From an uncultured Thiothrix sp. (GTDB lineage Bacteria > Pseudomonadota > Gammaproteobacteria > Poriferisulfidales > GCA-002705445): a DNA stretch of 64,000 nt. The notes under the pieces were generated by a model. That model saw nothing but the letters and a program-made list of their open reading frames with translations, was not told the DNA's origin and did not search any database. Numbering within the stretch: the first letter of the stretch is position 1; each line of letters starts with the position of its first letter. Below, piece after piece: positions 40,000-50,517 of this stretch. The DNA lies in NCBI GenBank assembly GCA_902595225.1, contig CACJPG010000001.1, positions 71,269 through 135,268 on the forward strand, read 5' to 3'. The position numbers and the translations under genes are program-made.

Positions 40000-41256
40000 T
40001 TACCTTATATTACCATCACCAATTACTACAAACTTCTGATTTGTCAGACCTTCTATACCAACAGGTCCACGTGCATGCAATTTGTTTGTGCTTATGCCAA
40101 TTTCAGCACCTAAACCGTACTCATAGCCATCAGCAAATCTTGATGACGCATTATGCATTACCGAGCTAGAATCAACATTTCTTAGAAAAGTATTTGCTAC
40201 ATCGCTATTTTCAGTGACAATTACATCTGTATGTCCAGATCCATATTTTAATATATGACTCATTGCCTCATGAAAGTTATCTACAGTTATTATTGATAAT
40301 ATAGAATCTAAATATTCTGTACTCCAGTCTTCTAAAGTTGCATCTTTGATATTTGGAAGAACTTTTTTTGTTTCTGAACAGCCTCTAATTTCAACATTTT
40401 TTTTAATTAGCTCTTTTTCAAGAGTTGGTAAAAATGTACTAGAAATTGTTTTATCAACTATTAAAGTTTCCATAGCATTACATACTCCGGTTCTTTGAGT
40501 CTTCGAATTAATTGATATATCTAAAGCTTTTTTCAGATCTGCATCTTCATGAATATATACATGGCAAATACCATCCAAATGCTTTAGAACAGGAATCGAG
40601 GAAATTTCATCAACAAGCTTTATAAGATTTTTCCCCCCTCTTGGAATAACAATATCTATAAAATCATTCTTAATTAATAGTTCATTTACAATTTTTCTAT
40701 CAGTATTATCTATTAATTGAACACAATATTTATTTACCTTATTTTTTTCTAAAGCTCTTTTTACACAGGCTTCAAGAATAATATTTGTTTTAATAGATTC
40801 GGACCCACCTCTTAGAATTATTGAGTTACCTGATTTAATACTAAGAGCTGAAGCATCTATAGTAACATTTGGTCTAGACTCATATATCATTGCAATTACC
40901 CCTAAAGGCATTGACATCTTACCAACCTTAATGCCGCTAGACATAGTTTTTAACTCTTTGATTTCCCCAACAGGATCTTCAATAGCAATAATTTCTTTTA
41001 TACTTTCAATCATTGCATCAATACGCGTATCGTCTAATAAAAGTCTATCGATAAATGATTTTGCGAAGTTCTTATCTTTTTTTAAAATATCAATATCCTT
41101 AGAATTTTCCTCTTTAATAGAAATTCTACTTTTTTCAATTTCTATAATAAGATTGTTCAGAATTGAGTTCTTAACATCTTGATTAATACAGGATATTTCC
41201 GTTGAAGATTCTCGTGCATTCGCGCATATTGTTTCTACGTATTTATTTATATTCAT
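40000..41256 (-). CDS. proA: Gamma-glutamyl phosphate reductase
   Basis: IYESRPNVT, VIPRGG, CNAMETL, GLGAEIGIST.KLHARGP. Confidence 0.96.
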   Translation of the reverse strand: MNINKYVETICANARESSTEISCINQDVKNSILNNLIIEIEKSRISIKEENSKDIDILKKDKNFAKSFIDRLLLDDTRIDAMIESIKEIIAIEDPVGEIKELKTMSSGIKVGKMSMPLGVIAMIYESRPNVTIDASALSIKSGNSIILRGGSESIKTNIILEACVKRALEKNKVNKYCVQLIDNTDRKIVNELLIKNDFIDIVIPRGGKNLIKLVDEISSIPVLKHLDGICHVYIHEDADLKKALDISINSKTQRTGVCNAMETLIVDKTISSTFLPTLEKELIKKNVEIRGCSETKKVLPNIKDATLEDWSTEYLDSILSIITVDNFHEAMSHILKYGSGHTDVIVTENSDVANTFLRNVDSSSVMHNASSRFADGYEYGLGAEIGISTNKLHARGPVGIEGLTNQKFVVIGDGNIR

Positions 41257-41268
41257 AATACAATTATA

Positions 41269-42297
41269 TTAATTATACTTTATAACTGAAAGTTTATTTT
41301 TAGCCATTGAAACTGATAAATCAATAATTGAATCCCATATTTTACCATCAAGAACATTTTTTGATTGCATATCCATTCTTACAAGAATAGCAATGTATGA
41401 CTCAATTTTATTAATATTTAGCTTATCAATAGAATTTGAAACTAGGTTTTTTCTCTCAAAGGGCCAAATATTTTTTAATATTTCTTGTTTTGATTTTCCT
41501 TCATCTATGGACTCAATATAAGATAATATTGATCTTAAATATCTAATGAAGGACCAAATTATATATTGGGCAGGATAATCGTTTTCTTTTAAGAAATGAA
41601 AACAGCTATAGACCTTTTTAATGTTACCCTCCATTGCATAATCAACAAGATTATTCGCAGCATAATCTGTATTTTCAGATAAAGTTTTATCTAAAAAATC
41701 AAGATTTACATCTGTATTTTCATTTTTCATAAGATCGATTTTTATTAATGCCTGACTAGCTGAAGTCATATTTCCTTCAAACATATCTGCTAAATAATTT
41801 ATACACTCTCTATTAATATTGTATTTATTTTTTTGCACAAGATAGGTTAGCTCTTCAACCATATTCCTTTTTGTCATTGGATAGATTCTTATTAGGCCAA
41901 CATTATTATTTTTTACACCAAGGAATTTTTTCCTAAAGTCAGCTGCCTTTAACTCAGGTAGTCTAAAAATCATAATAATATCTGAAGATATATTTTCTGA
42001 ATAGTCTAATATTTTTTTCTCAGCATTTATACCTACAGATTTTGTTAAAAATCTTACTTCGATAATTTTTTTTTCACTAAATAACGATAAATTTGAGTTA
42101 TTTGTATCAAAATTATCCCAGTCAAATGATTTTTCAACATACACAACTTGATGCTCTTCATATCCTTTTAACTTAGCTTTTTTTAAAACTTTTAAAACAC
42201 ATGAGTCTTCTTGGTAAGTTTCGCAACCAGTAATTATATATATAGGATGTAGCTTTTTTTCAAGCTGGTTAGTTAATTGATTGTAATATATTTGCAT
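41269..42297 (-). CDS. holA: DNA polymerase III delta subunit
   Basis: PIYIITG, SLFSEKKIIE, EGN; near leuS-lptE. Confidence 0.85.
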   Translation of the reverse strand: MQIYYNQLTNQLEKKLHPIYIITGCETYQEDSCVLKVLKKAKLKGYEEHQVVYVEKSFDWDNFDTNNSNLSLFSEKKIIEVRFLTKSVGINAEKKILDYSENISSDIIMIFRLPELKAADFRKKFLGVKNNNVGLIRIYPMTKRNMVEELTYLVQKNKYNINRECINYLADMFEGNMTSASQALIKIDLMKNENTDVNLDFLDKTLSENTDYAANNLVDYAMEGNIKKVYSCFHFLKENDYPAQYIIWSFIRYLRSILSYIESIDEGKSKQEILKNIWPFERKNLVSNSIDKLNINKIESYIAILVRMDMQSKNVLDGKIWDSIIDLSVSMAKNKLSVIKYN

Positions 42298-42340
42298 TTT
42301 AATTATATTACCTTATTAAACATCAAACGAAAATTTTTTT

Positions 42341-43222
42341 ATGAAAAGAAAACTTCACACTATTGGCTTCATAGGTACTGGAATAATTGGCCTTCCAATG
42401 GCATTTAACTTAATAAAAAACAATTATAATATTTATGCGTATGTGCGAAATATTAAAAATCATAGAAAAGTAAAAAAAACTGGATGTTTAATAATCAATG
42501 ATTTAACTGAATTTTATGAAAAGATAGATATCTTAATTTTAGCTGTTTCTGATACTAAAGATGTAGAAGAAATCCTTGTTGGCACTAATGGGCTTATTAA
42601 ATTTAGCAAAACACCAAAAATTGTTATAGATATGAGTACAATATGTCCAATAGAAACAATTTCTATGTCTAAAAAGCTTAGTAAATTTAAAATTTCATTA
42701 ATTGATGCTCCAGTTTCAGGCGGGGAAATAGGAGCCATAAAAGGAAATCTTTCAATAATGGTTGGTGGGAAAAAGAATAAAGTCAATAAAGTCATGCCAA
42801 TACTAAAAATTCTTGGAGAGAAAATAACCCATATAGGCGAGTCAGGTTCGGGACAAGTTGCCAAAGCGTGCAATCAACTTATCGTTGGACAAACTATAAA
42901 TGCCGTAAGTGAAGCTTTTATAATGGCCGATAAATTTAAAACAAATAAGAATAAAATTAGAGAAGCTCTACTTGGTGGGTTTGCAAATAGTAAGATACTT
43001 GAAATTCATGGCAAAAGAATGCTTACAAATGATTATAAACCTGGTTTTAAGACAAAATTACATGCGAAGGATATGAGGATTGTAAAAAAAATTACGAAAA
43101 GAAAAAATATAAATCTTGCTGGAACAAATATTGTTTATAAATATATGCAAATTGCAAATAAAAAAGGTCACGCTGAAAAGGATTCGTCTGCATATTATTT
43201 AACTTTAAAAAACAAAAAATAA
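42341..43222 (+). CDS. Beta-hydroxyacid dehydrogenase (2-hydroxy-3-oxopropionate reductase-like)
   Basis: GFIGTGIIGLPMA, DAPVSGG, GQVAKACNQ, LLGGFA.SKILE.HG. Confidence 0.88.
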   Translation: MKRKLHTIGFIGTGIIGLPMAFNLIKNNYNIYAYVRNIKNHRKVKKTGCLIINDLTEFYEKIDILILAVSDTKDVEEILVGTNGLIKFSKTPKIVIDMSTICPIETISMSKKLSKFKISLIDAPVSGGEIGAIKGNLSIMVGGKKNKVNKVMPILKILGEKITHIGESGSGQVAKACNQLIVGQTINAVSEAFIMADKFKTNKNKIREALLGGFANSKILEIHGKRMLTNDYKPGFKTKLHAKDMRIVKKITKRKNINLAGTNIVYKYMQIANKKGHAEKDSSAYYLTLKNKK

Positions 43223-43926
43223 TGCTCATATTAAAATCTCTATTGTTTACTTTTTATTATCTTAAGGTTTCTTACAGAAATTATATTCCCTTGGCTATTT
43301 TTTTAATATTATTCCATTATGCAATTAGTAATATTAATAGTTTTTTTATAATTTTTATGTTCTTTATGATTTATTTAGTTGTTTCTGCGCCAATATCAGT
43401 AAATATATTTAGAAGTATTGTTAGAAATGAAATATTAGAGAACTTTTACTTTAATTTTTATTACAAAACCTATACTAGGCTATTTTTAAAGAAATTATTT
43501 ATTCTTATTTCATCTATAGTTGGAATTTATATCGCTATTTTAATTATACTATCACCTTTTCTTTCTAAAGATATTGCAAATATGACTTTATCTTTATATT
43601 TAATTTTTTTATATATTATCTATATATATACACGATTATTTTTTATACTTCCTGGGGCAGCATTAAATAAATCGTATTCTTTTAGTGACTCCTATTACAT
43701 TACCAAAGGTTATTCTATTAGGATTTATCTTTTTTATGTGTCTTTGATTTTACCTTACGTTTTTTTAAGTAGCCTTTTAACAGAATTTAACTCAATGTTT
43801 AATCCACTAACAATTTTGACGATCTCCTTTGTTTTTCAAATATTTTTTTCAGTTTTAAGTACATCAATTATTGGATATTTGTATAAAGATGTAATTGAAA
43901 AAAAGAATCCTAATGCGAATATTTAA
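43222..43926 (+). CDS. Hypothetical polytopic membrane protein
   Basis: 234 aa, about 6 hydrophobic segments, extremely AT-rich. Confidence 0.7.
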   Translation: MLILKSLLFTFYYLKVSYRNYIPLAIFLILFHYAISNINSFFIIFMFFMIYLVVSAPISVNIFRSIVRNEILENFYFNFYYKTYTRLFLKKLFILISSIVGIYIAILIILSPFLSKDIANMTLSLYLIFLYIIYIYTRLFFILPGAALNKSYSFSDSYYITKGYSIRIYLFYVSLILPYVFLSSLLTEFNSMFNPLTILTISFVFQIFFSVLSTSIIGYLYKDVIEKKNPNANI

Positions 43927-44405
43927 ATTTTGCTTCTTACTAAGTTGACTACTTGGATTTGAAGATATTTCTCAATATCACTTTTAATTGTATTTTCTTC
44001 ACTTTCAGAGCTATTAATATTAGATGATGAAAATTTATGATCTTTTGACAAAGAAAAAACCTTATTTTGAATAATAATATTACCCTTGTTATCTTCAAGA
44101 GAGACTTCGATTTTCCCAGTAATTGTAAATTCATTCTCTGTTGCACTACTGGTAACAGATGTTGTTTCTTTACTATATGTTGGCCCTTCAATTTTTATCA
44201 AATATAAAAAATTATCAGAGCTTATTGTGAATCCGGCATTTATAAAGGACTGTTTAAAATTATTTGGAGATAAAATCTTAACTTCAGCAACTTTATCCTG
44301 ATTATCTCCAATAACTTCTAAACCACCAAGTTTATAACCACAGGAGATTAAAGCAAATAATGGAAGCGCAAAAAAAGCTAATCTTAATATTGTTAACATT
44401 CTCAT
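43923..44405 (-). CDS. lptE: LPS assembly lipoprotein LptE (divergent)
   Basis: Lipobox LISCGYKL; coupled to the end of leuS. Confidence 0.75.
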   Translation of the reverse strand: MRMLTILRLAFFALPLFALISCGYKLGGLEVIGDNQDKVAEVKILSPNNFKQSFINAGFTISSDNFLYLIKIEGPTYSKETTSVTSSATENEFTITGKIEVSLEDNKGNIIIQNKVFSLSKDHKFSSSNINSSESEENTIKSDIEKYLQIQVVNLVRSKI

Positions 44406-46813
44406 ACTACTATATTAACAAGTTTATTTTGAATATATATTATTTTTTTTATTTTTTTATTTTCAATATATTTTTTTATCTCATCAAGGTCAGTAGCAAT
44501 TTTTTCTATTTCTACCTGTGGTGTATCAATATCTACTTCAATTTTTTTCCTTACTTTCCCATTAATCTGAATAATTATTAAAGTAGTATCACTTTCAAGA
44601 AAATTTTTATCAACTTCAGGCCAACTAACTTTTTTATAAAATTTTTGTAGATTTAATACATCTGAAATTTCTTGACAAATATGGGGTGTAATCGGGTTTA
44701 ATAATAATATAATGCTTTCATACGATTCCATTAATGTTTCTTTGCTAACATTATTGTTTTGTAAATTTTTATTCAAATTATTTAGTAGTTCCATACATGT
44801 CGAAACTATAGTATTCAAACTTAATTTTTTTCCATAATCATCGCTAACTTTTAAAATTGCTTTGTTTGTTGCTATTTTTAAATTTTTCTCCTCATTATTA
44901 TCATTACTTATATCTTCAATTTTTTTATTTATTAAATGATAGCCTGTGAGCCATAATTTATTTAAAAACCTATGTGCACCTTCAACTCCATTTTCTGACC
45001 ACTCAAGTGAATTTTCTATTGGTGCAGCAAATATGACAAATAATCTTACAGTATCTGCGCCGTATTTTTGAATTAAATCCTGAGGATCGATTACATTACC
45101 TTTTGATTTTGACATTTTAGATCCATTTTTTAAAACCATGCCTTGAGTTACAAGAGACATAAAAGGCTCATTTGTCTTTAAAAGGCCTTCGTCTCTTAGG
45201 AGCTTATGAAAGAATCGAGCATATAATAAATGTAAGACAGCATGTTCTATTCCACCCACATATATGTCAACTGGCATCCAATAGTCTGCTTCCTTACCAA
45301 TCATATTCTTTTCGTCTTTTGGTGAACAAAACCTAGCTTGGTACCAACTTGATTCAAAAAATGTATCAAGCGTATCTGTTTCTCTTATAGCTTTTAATCC
45401 AGTTTTTTTACACTTTGTATACTTCCATGTTGGATGATTTTCTAAAGGGTTTCCGCCCTTTGTAAAATCTATATCATGAGGAAGCTCAATTGGTAATTCA
45501 TCCTCATCAAGAGTTAGAATTTCTCCATCCTCTCTGTAGATAACAGGAATTGGACATCCCCAATATCTTTGTCTAGAAATCCCCCAATCTCTTAATTTAA
45601 AATTTTTCTTTTTGCCTCCCTTTTTAACTTTTGAAATGTGTTTGACTATAGAATTTGATGCAGATGTACTATCGAGATTATTAAATTCAAATGAATTTAT
45701 GAGCTTTCCTGTTCCAGTATATGCGGAGCTATTGGATTCATCATTTTCAATTACTTTTATAATTTCCAAACCATATTTTTTTGCAAAATCATAGTCTCTT
45801 TGGTCATGAGCAGGAACACCCATAACTGCTCCAGTTCCATAGCCTGTAAGAACATAATTTGAAAGCCAAATAGGGATTTTCTTGTTACTCAATGGGTGAA
45901 TGGCATAGTAGCCAGTAAAAATTCCACAAATCAATTTATTTGACTTATCTTGATAATCTTTTTGGCTAATAATTTTCTTTGAAAATTCTTTAACTTCCTT
46001 AGAGCAACTCTCGATTATTTCATGATCTGCAGCTACAGCCAGAAAAGTCACTCCATAAATCGTATCTGGTCGTGTTGTAAAAACACGAATATCAGATTTA
46101 TTATCAATGCAAAAAGAAAATTCAGCGCCATCGGACTCGCCTATCCAATTTTTTTGCATTGATATCACATTATCTGGCCATAATTTTCTTATTTCCTCAA
46201 GGTCCTTTAACAGTTCCGCTGCGTATAAGGAAGTCTTTAAAAACCATTGAGAAATTTTCTTTTTTTCAACATCTGCACCAGATCTCCATCCCTTGCCATC
46301 AATTACTTGTTCGTTTGCTAGAACAGTTTTATCAACAGGATCCCAATTAACTAAAGATTCTTTTTTATAGACCAGATCCTTTTCATAAAGTTTTAAGAAA
46401 AACCATTGCTCCCACTTATAATAATCTTTAGAGCAAGTTGATATTTCTCTATCCCAATCATAACTAAAGCCTAATGATTTTAGTTGCTTTTTCATATTAT
46501 CAATATTTTTTAAAGTCCAATCTCTTGGAGAGAGATCATTTTCAATTGCTGCATTTTCGGCAGGAAGGCCAAATGCATCCCAGCCAATTGGATGAAGTAC
46601 GTTTTCACCTAGCATTCTATGATATCTTGCAATAACATCACTTATTGTGTAGTTTCTGACATGGCCGATATGAAGGTTTCCGCTTGGATATGGGAACATA
46701 GATAAACAGTAAAACTTTTTATCTTTGTTTGGTTTGGCTTCAAAATCTTTAGCAGAATACCATTTTTCTTGTATTCTTTTTTCTAAATCTTTAGGGTTGT
46801 AACTTTCCTGCAT
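44402..46813 (-). CDS. leuS: Leucine--tRNA ligase
   Basis: MFPYPSG.LHIGH, FTTRPDT, GTGAVMGVPAHD, KMSKS. Confidence 0.97.
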   Translation of the reverse strand: MQESYNPKDLEKRIQEKWYSAKDFEAKPNKDKKFYCLSMFPYPSGNLHIGHVRNYTISDVIARYHRMLGENVLHPIGWDAFGLPAENAAIENDLSPRDWTLKNIDNMKKQLKSLGFSYDWDREISTCSKDYYKWEQWFFLKLYEKDLVYKKESLVNWDPVDKTVLANEQVIDGKGWRSGADVEKKKISQWFLKTSLYAAELLKDLEEIRKLWPDNVISMQKNWIGESDGAEFSFCIDNKSDIRVFTTRPDTIYGVTFLAVAADHEIIESCSKEVKEFSKKIISQKDYQDKSNKLICGIFTGYYAIHPLSNKKIPIWLSNYVLTGYGTGAVMGVPAHDQRDYDFAKKYGLEIIKVIENDESNSSAYTGTGKLINSFEFNNLDSTSASNSIVKHISKVKKGGKKKNFKLRDWGISRQRYWGCPIPVIYREDGEILTLDEDELPIELPHDIDFTKGGNPLENHPTWKYTKCKKTGLKAIRETDTLDTFFESSWYQARFCSPKDEKNMIGKEADYWMPVDIYVGGIEHAVLHLLYARFFHKLLRDEGLLKTNEPFMSLVTQGMVLKNGSKMSKSKGNVIDPQDLIQKYGADTVRLFVIFAAPIENSLEWSENGVEGAHRFLNKLWLTGYHLINKKIEDISNDNNEEKNLKIATNKAILKVSDDYGKKLSLNTIVSTCMELLNNLNKNLQNNNVSKETLMESYESIILLLNPITPHICQEISDVLNLQKFYKKVSWPEVDKNFLESDTTLIIIQINGKVRKKIEVDIDTPQVEIEKIATDLDEIKKYIENKKIKKIIYIQNKLVNIVV

Positions 46814-46876
46814 ATCAAATATTTTGTTATAATTATTTTACAAAATTTAACATAAGTTGCATATAATGTCTGAATT

Positions 46877-48121
46877 ATGATTATAAATAAAGATACATTT
46901 AAGTTTAATCCAAACATCAATCCTGCGAAATTTTTGTGGAAGTTTTTAAAAACTGAATCTGCATCAGGTGTTCTTCTAATTATATTTAGTATATTAGCTA
47001 TCATACTCGCCAACTCTGAACTTTCTTCATACTATTATTCGCTTAAAAATAGTTATATATCAATAGGTTTTAATGACTTTTATATAAAGGAGACAGCACA
47101 CCATTTTGTAAATGATGGGCTTATGGCGATATTTTTTTTAGTTATTGGATTGGAATTAAAAAGAGAAATGATTAGCGGGCAGCTGTCATCTGTGAAAAAA
47201 GTGCTTTTGCCAGGTGTTGCTGCAGTTGGCGGCATGGCTATACCTGCTCTTGTTTACTTGTATATAAATATTGACAATCCTTTAGCAACATCTGGTTGGG
47301 CCATACCTACAGCAACAGATATAGCGTTTTCTCTAGCTGTATTAGCAGTTCTTGGCACAAGAGTGCCAATAAGTCTAAAAATATTTCTTTTGTCTCTTGC
47401 AATTATAGATGATTTAGGTGCTGTACTTGTAATTGCTTTGTATTATACATCAGATATATCTACAGGTTATTTGCTAAGCGCATTTGGTGTATTCATGATA
47501 TTGATGTGGCTAAATTTTAATAATGTTAAAAATGTTTCAACATACTTAATTGGAGGACTTTTCTTATGGTATTGTATATTACATTCAGGAATTCATACAA
47601 CTATAGCTGGAGTAATACTTGCAGCAACGATACCTTTTACAATTAAAGAGACAAACATTTCACCTCTAAGATTTTTAGAAGAAAAACTTCATACCTTTTC
47701 TGGTTTTATAATTTTACCCTTATTTGCTTTTTTTAATGCTGATATTGACCTTGATTCTTTGAGTTTCAAATCCTTATCAAATCCTGTCCCATTAGGAATA
47801 ATGCTAGGACTCCTAATTGGTAAACCATTAGGCATTACTTTAATAACATATCTATCAGTAAAAATAAAACTATGTAGCTTGCCAAAAGAGTTAAATTATT
47901 ATGATATTCTTGGAGTATCTTTTTTATGTGGTATAGGATTTACAATGAGTTTATTTATTAATACCCTTGCATTTCCTGAGTCGCTCAATACAGTAAGTTT
48001 TGGTCAAGAATATTCAAAATCAGGAATATTTTTTGGTTCGATTCTTTCTGGTATTTTAGGTTATGTGCTATTAAGGTTAAAATTAAAATCAAAATCAAAT
48101 GAAATCCTAGAAAATGAATAA
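46877..48121 (+). CDS. nhaA: Na+/H+ antiporter NhaA
   Basis: VNDGLM, GWAIPTATDIAF, LAIIDDLGA, GIGFTMSLFI. Confidence 0.96.
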   Translation: MIINKDTFKFNPNINPAKFLWKFLKTESASGVLLIIFSILAIILANSELSSYYYSLKNSYISIGFNDFYIKETAHHFVNDGLMAIFFLVIGLELKREMISGQLSSVKKVLLPGVAAVGGMAIPALVYLYINIDNPLATSGWAIPTATDIAFSLAVLAVLGTRVPISLKIFLLSLAIIDDLGAVLVIALYYTSDISTGYLLSAFGVFMILMWLNFNNVKNVSTYLIGGLFLWYCILHSGIHTTIAGVILAATIPFTIKETNISPLRFLEEKLHTFSGFIILPLFAFFNADIDLDSLSFKSLSNPVPLGIMLGLLIGKPLGITLITYLSVKIKLCSLPKELNYYDILGVSFLCGIGFTMSLFINTLAFPESLNTVSFGQEYSKSGIFFGSILSGILGYVLLRLKLKSKSNEILENE

Positions 48122-49139
48122 TACAAATAAAATTTATAAGTCAATTTTAACTATTAGCGGGCTAATAGTTATTTTTGCTGGACTAAAAGTTGCTGATAAA
48201 ATTGTAGTACCATTCTTACTGTCAATGTTTATAGCTCTTATTTCTTTTCCATTGCTTAATTTCTTTAAATCAAAAAAAATAAATACACCTATTTCTGTAA
48301 CACTTGTTTTAATCACTATTATTAGCATAAGTTTAAGCTTTGCAGCTTTAATAGGCACATCTATAAACGGTTTTCGAAAATCGCTACCGGCATATAAAGA
48401 AAAAATAAATCTAGGTATTGAGAATATTTCTTTGCTTGCTGAAAAACTTAACTTAAATATTAATCCGAATTTTCTTAGTGACTATATTGATCCAAGTTTT
48501 ATAATGCAATCGGTTGCTAATACCATAAGTGCTTTTGGTAATGTTCTAACAAACTACTTTTTAATATTATTTATCGTAATGTTTACACTTCTTGAAGCGG
48601 CAATATTCTCCGAAAAACTAAAAAAAGCTTTTTCTGATAGCGGCAAACCAATGCCAAATTTGCAAAGTTTCAGTGAAAATATGAATAAGTATTTATCAAT
48701 AAAAACTATTGTAAGTATTATTACTGGAATTCTTATATATTTTTCTTTAACCATTATTGGCTTAGATCACGCAATAATGTGGGGATTAATAGCTTTCTTA
48801 TTAAATTATATACCAAATATAGGCTCTATAATTGCCTCAATACCTGCTATTTTAATAGCTTTAATACAATTCAATATATATTATGCATTGACTGTCGGTC
48901 TAGTCTATTTGATAGTAAATATCGTAATGGGTAGTATTATTGAGCCCAAGTATCTTGGAAAAGAGCTAGGTCTTTCAACTCTTATAATATTTTTGTCACT
49001 AATTTTTTGGGGTTGGTTACTGGGACCGGTTGGGATGCTTCTTTCAGTTCCATTGACCATGATAGTAAAGATTGCTCTTGAAAGTAATGATGACACAAGA
49101 TGGATAGCAATATTGTTAAGCAGGAATGTAAAAGATTAG
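48114..49139 (+). CDS. AI-2E family transporter
   Basis: LNYIPNIGS, IEPK, FWGWLLGPVGMLLSVPLT. Confidence 0.92.
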   Translation: MNNTNKIYKSILTISGLIVIFAGLKVADKIVVPFLLSMFIALISFPLLNFFKSKKINTPISVTLVLITIISISLSFAALIGTSINGFRKSLPAYKEKINLGIENISLLAEKLNLNINPNFLSDYIDPSFIMQSVANTISAFGNVLTNYFLILFIVMFTLLEAAIFSEKLKKAFSDSGKPMPNLQSFSENMNKYLSIKTIVSIITGILIYFSLTIIGLDHAIMWGLIAFLLNYIPNIGSIIASIPAILIALIQFNIYYALTVGLVYLIVNIVMGSIIEPKYLGKELGLSTLIIFLSLIFWGWLLGPVGMLLSVPLTMIVKIALESNDDTRWIAILLSRNVKD

Positions 49140-49155
49140 GGGAAATTTTTGTTTA

Positions 49156-50517
49156 CTACCATTTGAAGCTGCCTTTTGAAAAATACTTTAAAAAAATTGA
49201 TACTTTTTCAAGACTTTCTAGATATTCTTCCTCTGGATCTGAATCATAAACTATGCCACCGCCTGCAGCAAAATATAACTCATTATCACAAATCATAATT
49301 GTCCTTATGCAAATATTTGTATCCATATCATTGCTTAAATCAAAATAACCAATTGATCCACAATAAACTTCTCTTGGTCTCTTTTCTAATTCCTTGATAA
49401 TTTCCATAGATCTTTTTTTTGGAGCGCCAGTAATTGATCCTCCAGGAAAGCATGACGCAAGAAGATCAATAGAACTTATATTATGCCTTAACTTTCCGCT
49501 AATAGTGCTAACCATATGATGCACTGACGCAAAGCTCTCAATATCAAAAAGTTTATTTACTTTCACTGTATTTAGATTGCAGCATTTACTAAGATCATTT
49601 CTTAATAAATCAACAATCATGAGATTTTCAGAGATATTTTTTTCATCTTTTCTCAATATCTCTTTCTGCTTTTCATCAAGTTTTTTATCACTTAGCCTTT
49701 TTAATGTTCCTTTAATTGGTTTTGTTTCGACAATATTATCTTTTATAGAAATAAATCTTTCGGGAGAGCAACTTAATAAATATTTATCGCCAAAATTAAA
49801 ATAGGATGAATATGGCGCTGGATTTATGTTTCTTAAATTCTTGTATAGATCCCAGGAATCACCGGTAAAATCAAGTTTAAAATTTTGTGAGTAATTTACT
49901 TGATAGCAGTCTCCATCGGATATATATTTTTTTATTTTTTTTATATCATCTATATATTGTTCTTTAGGAGTAATTTGTTTTAAGTTCGAAAATACGTAAG
50001 AAGAATTAACTTTACTTAAATATTCACTTGATTTAAACATATCAATAAGATTTGATATAAAAGTATTTTCTTGTTGGAAAGTAAGCCATGTAATTTTATT
50101 TCTATGATCTACAATAATTGCCCATTCATATAATCCAATAGCTATATCAGGAAATGAACCTGCTGAATATAAATCTTCATCGCTAAATGCATCATATCCA
50201 AAGTAGCCCATATAGCCTGAATTAAAAGGAAGCTCGCTTGTGTGATCCACTACCCTATTCTTGAAGTACTTTTTTATAATTTCTAATGGCTTATCAATAA
50301 CTAAGGAGCGATTATCACCCTCTGTTACTGATATTTTATTCTGATGAGAAATAATTTTTATTGATGGATTACATGAAAGTATACTGTATCTACCAAAATT
50401 TCCTTTATCATGGCAGCTATCAAGTAAAATAAACCATTCAAAATCTTTTAGCGCATTACCATATATACAAGGATTTTCGTGATAGTTGATCTTGATTTTA
50501 TTCATTATTCTTTTCAA
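49156..50517 (-). CDS. pabB: Aminodeoxychorismate synthase component I
   Basis: LLDS, GDCYQVN, SPERF, PIKGT, ENLMIVDLLRND, FPGGSITGAPK. Confidence 0.92.
   Translation of the reverse strand: MKRIMNKIKINYHENPCIYGNALKDFEWFILLDSCHDKGNFGRYSILSCNPSIKIISHQNKISVTEGDNRSLVIDKPLEIIKKYFKNRVVDHTSELPFNSGYMGYFGYDAFSDEDLYSAGSFPDIAIGLYEWAIIVDHRNKITWLTFQQENTFISNLIDMFKSSEYLSKVNSSYVFSNLKQITPKEQYIDDIKKIKKYISDGDCYQVNYSQNFKLDFTGDSWDLYKNLRNINPAPYSSYFNFGDKYLLSCSPERFISIKDNIVETKPIKGTLKRLSDKKLDEKQKEILRKDEKNISENLMIVDLLRNDLSKCCNLNTVKVNKLFDIESFASVHHMVSTISGKLRHNISSIDLLASCFPGGSITGAPKKRSMEIIKELEKRPREVYCGSIGYFDLSNDMDTNICIRTIMICDNELYFAAGGGIVYDSDPEEEYLESLEKVSIFLKYFSKGSFKW

Noticed and set aside
44402-46813. Short LeuS as a degenerate, editing-deficient enzyme
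   Set aside because: CP1 editing motifs (TTRPDT, GTGAVMGVPAHD) are intact; a short leucine-specific domain is common
46845-46872. Second dif-like site (ATTTAACATAA) in the leuS-nhaA spacer
   Set aside because: Perfect XerD arm but no XerC-like arm at 6-bp spacing; an AT-rich 11-mer can occur by chance here
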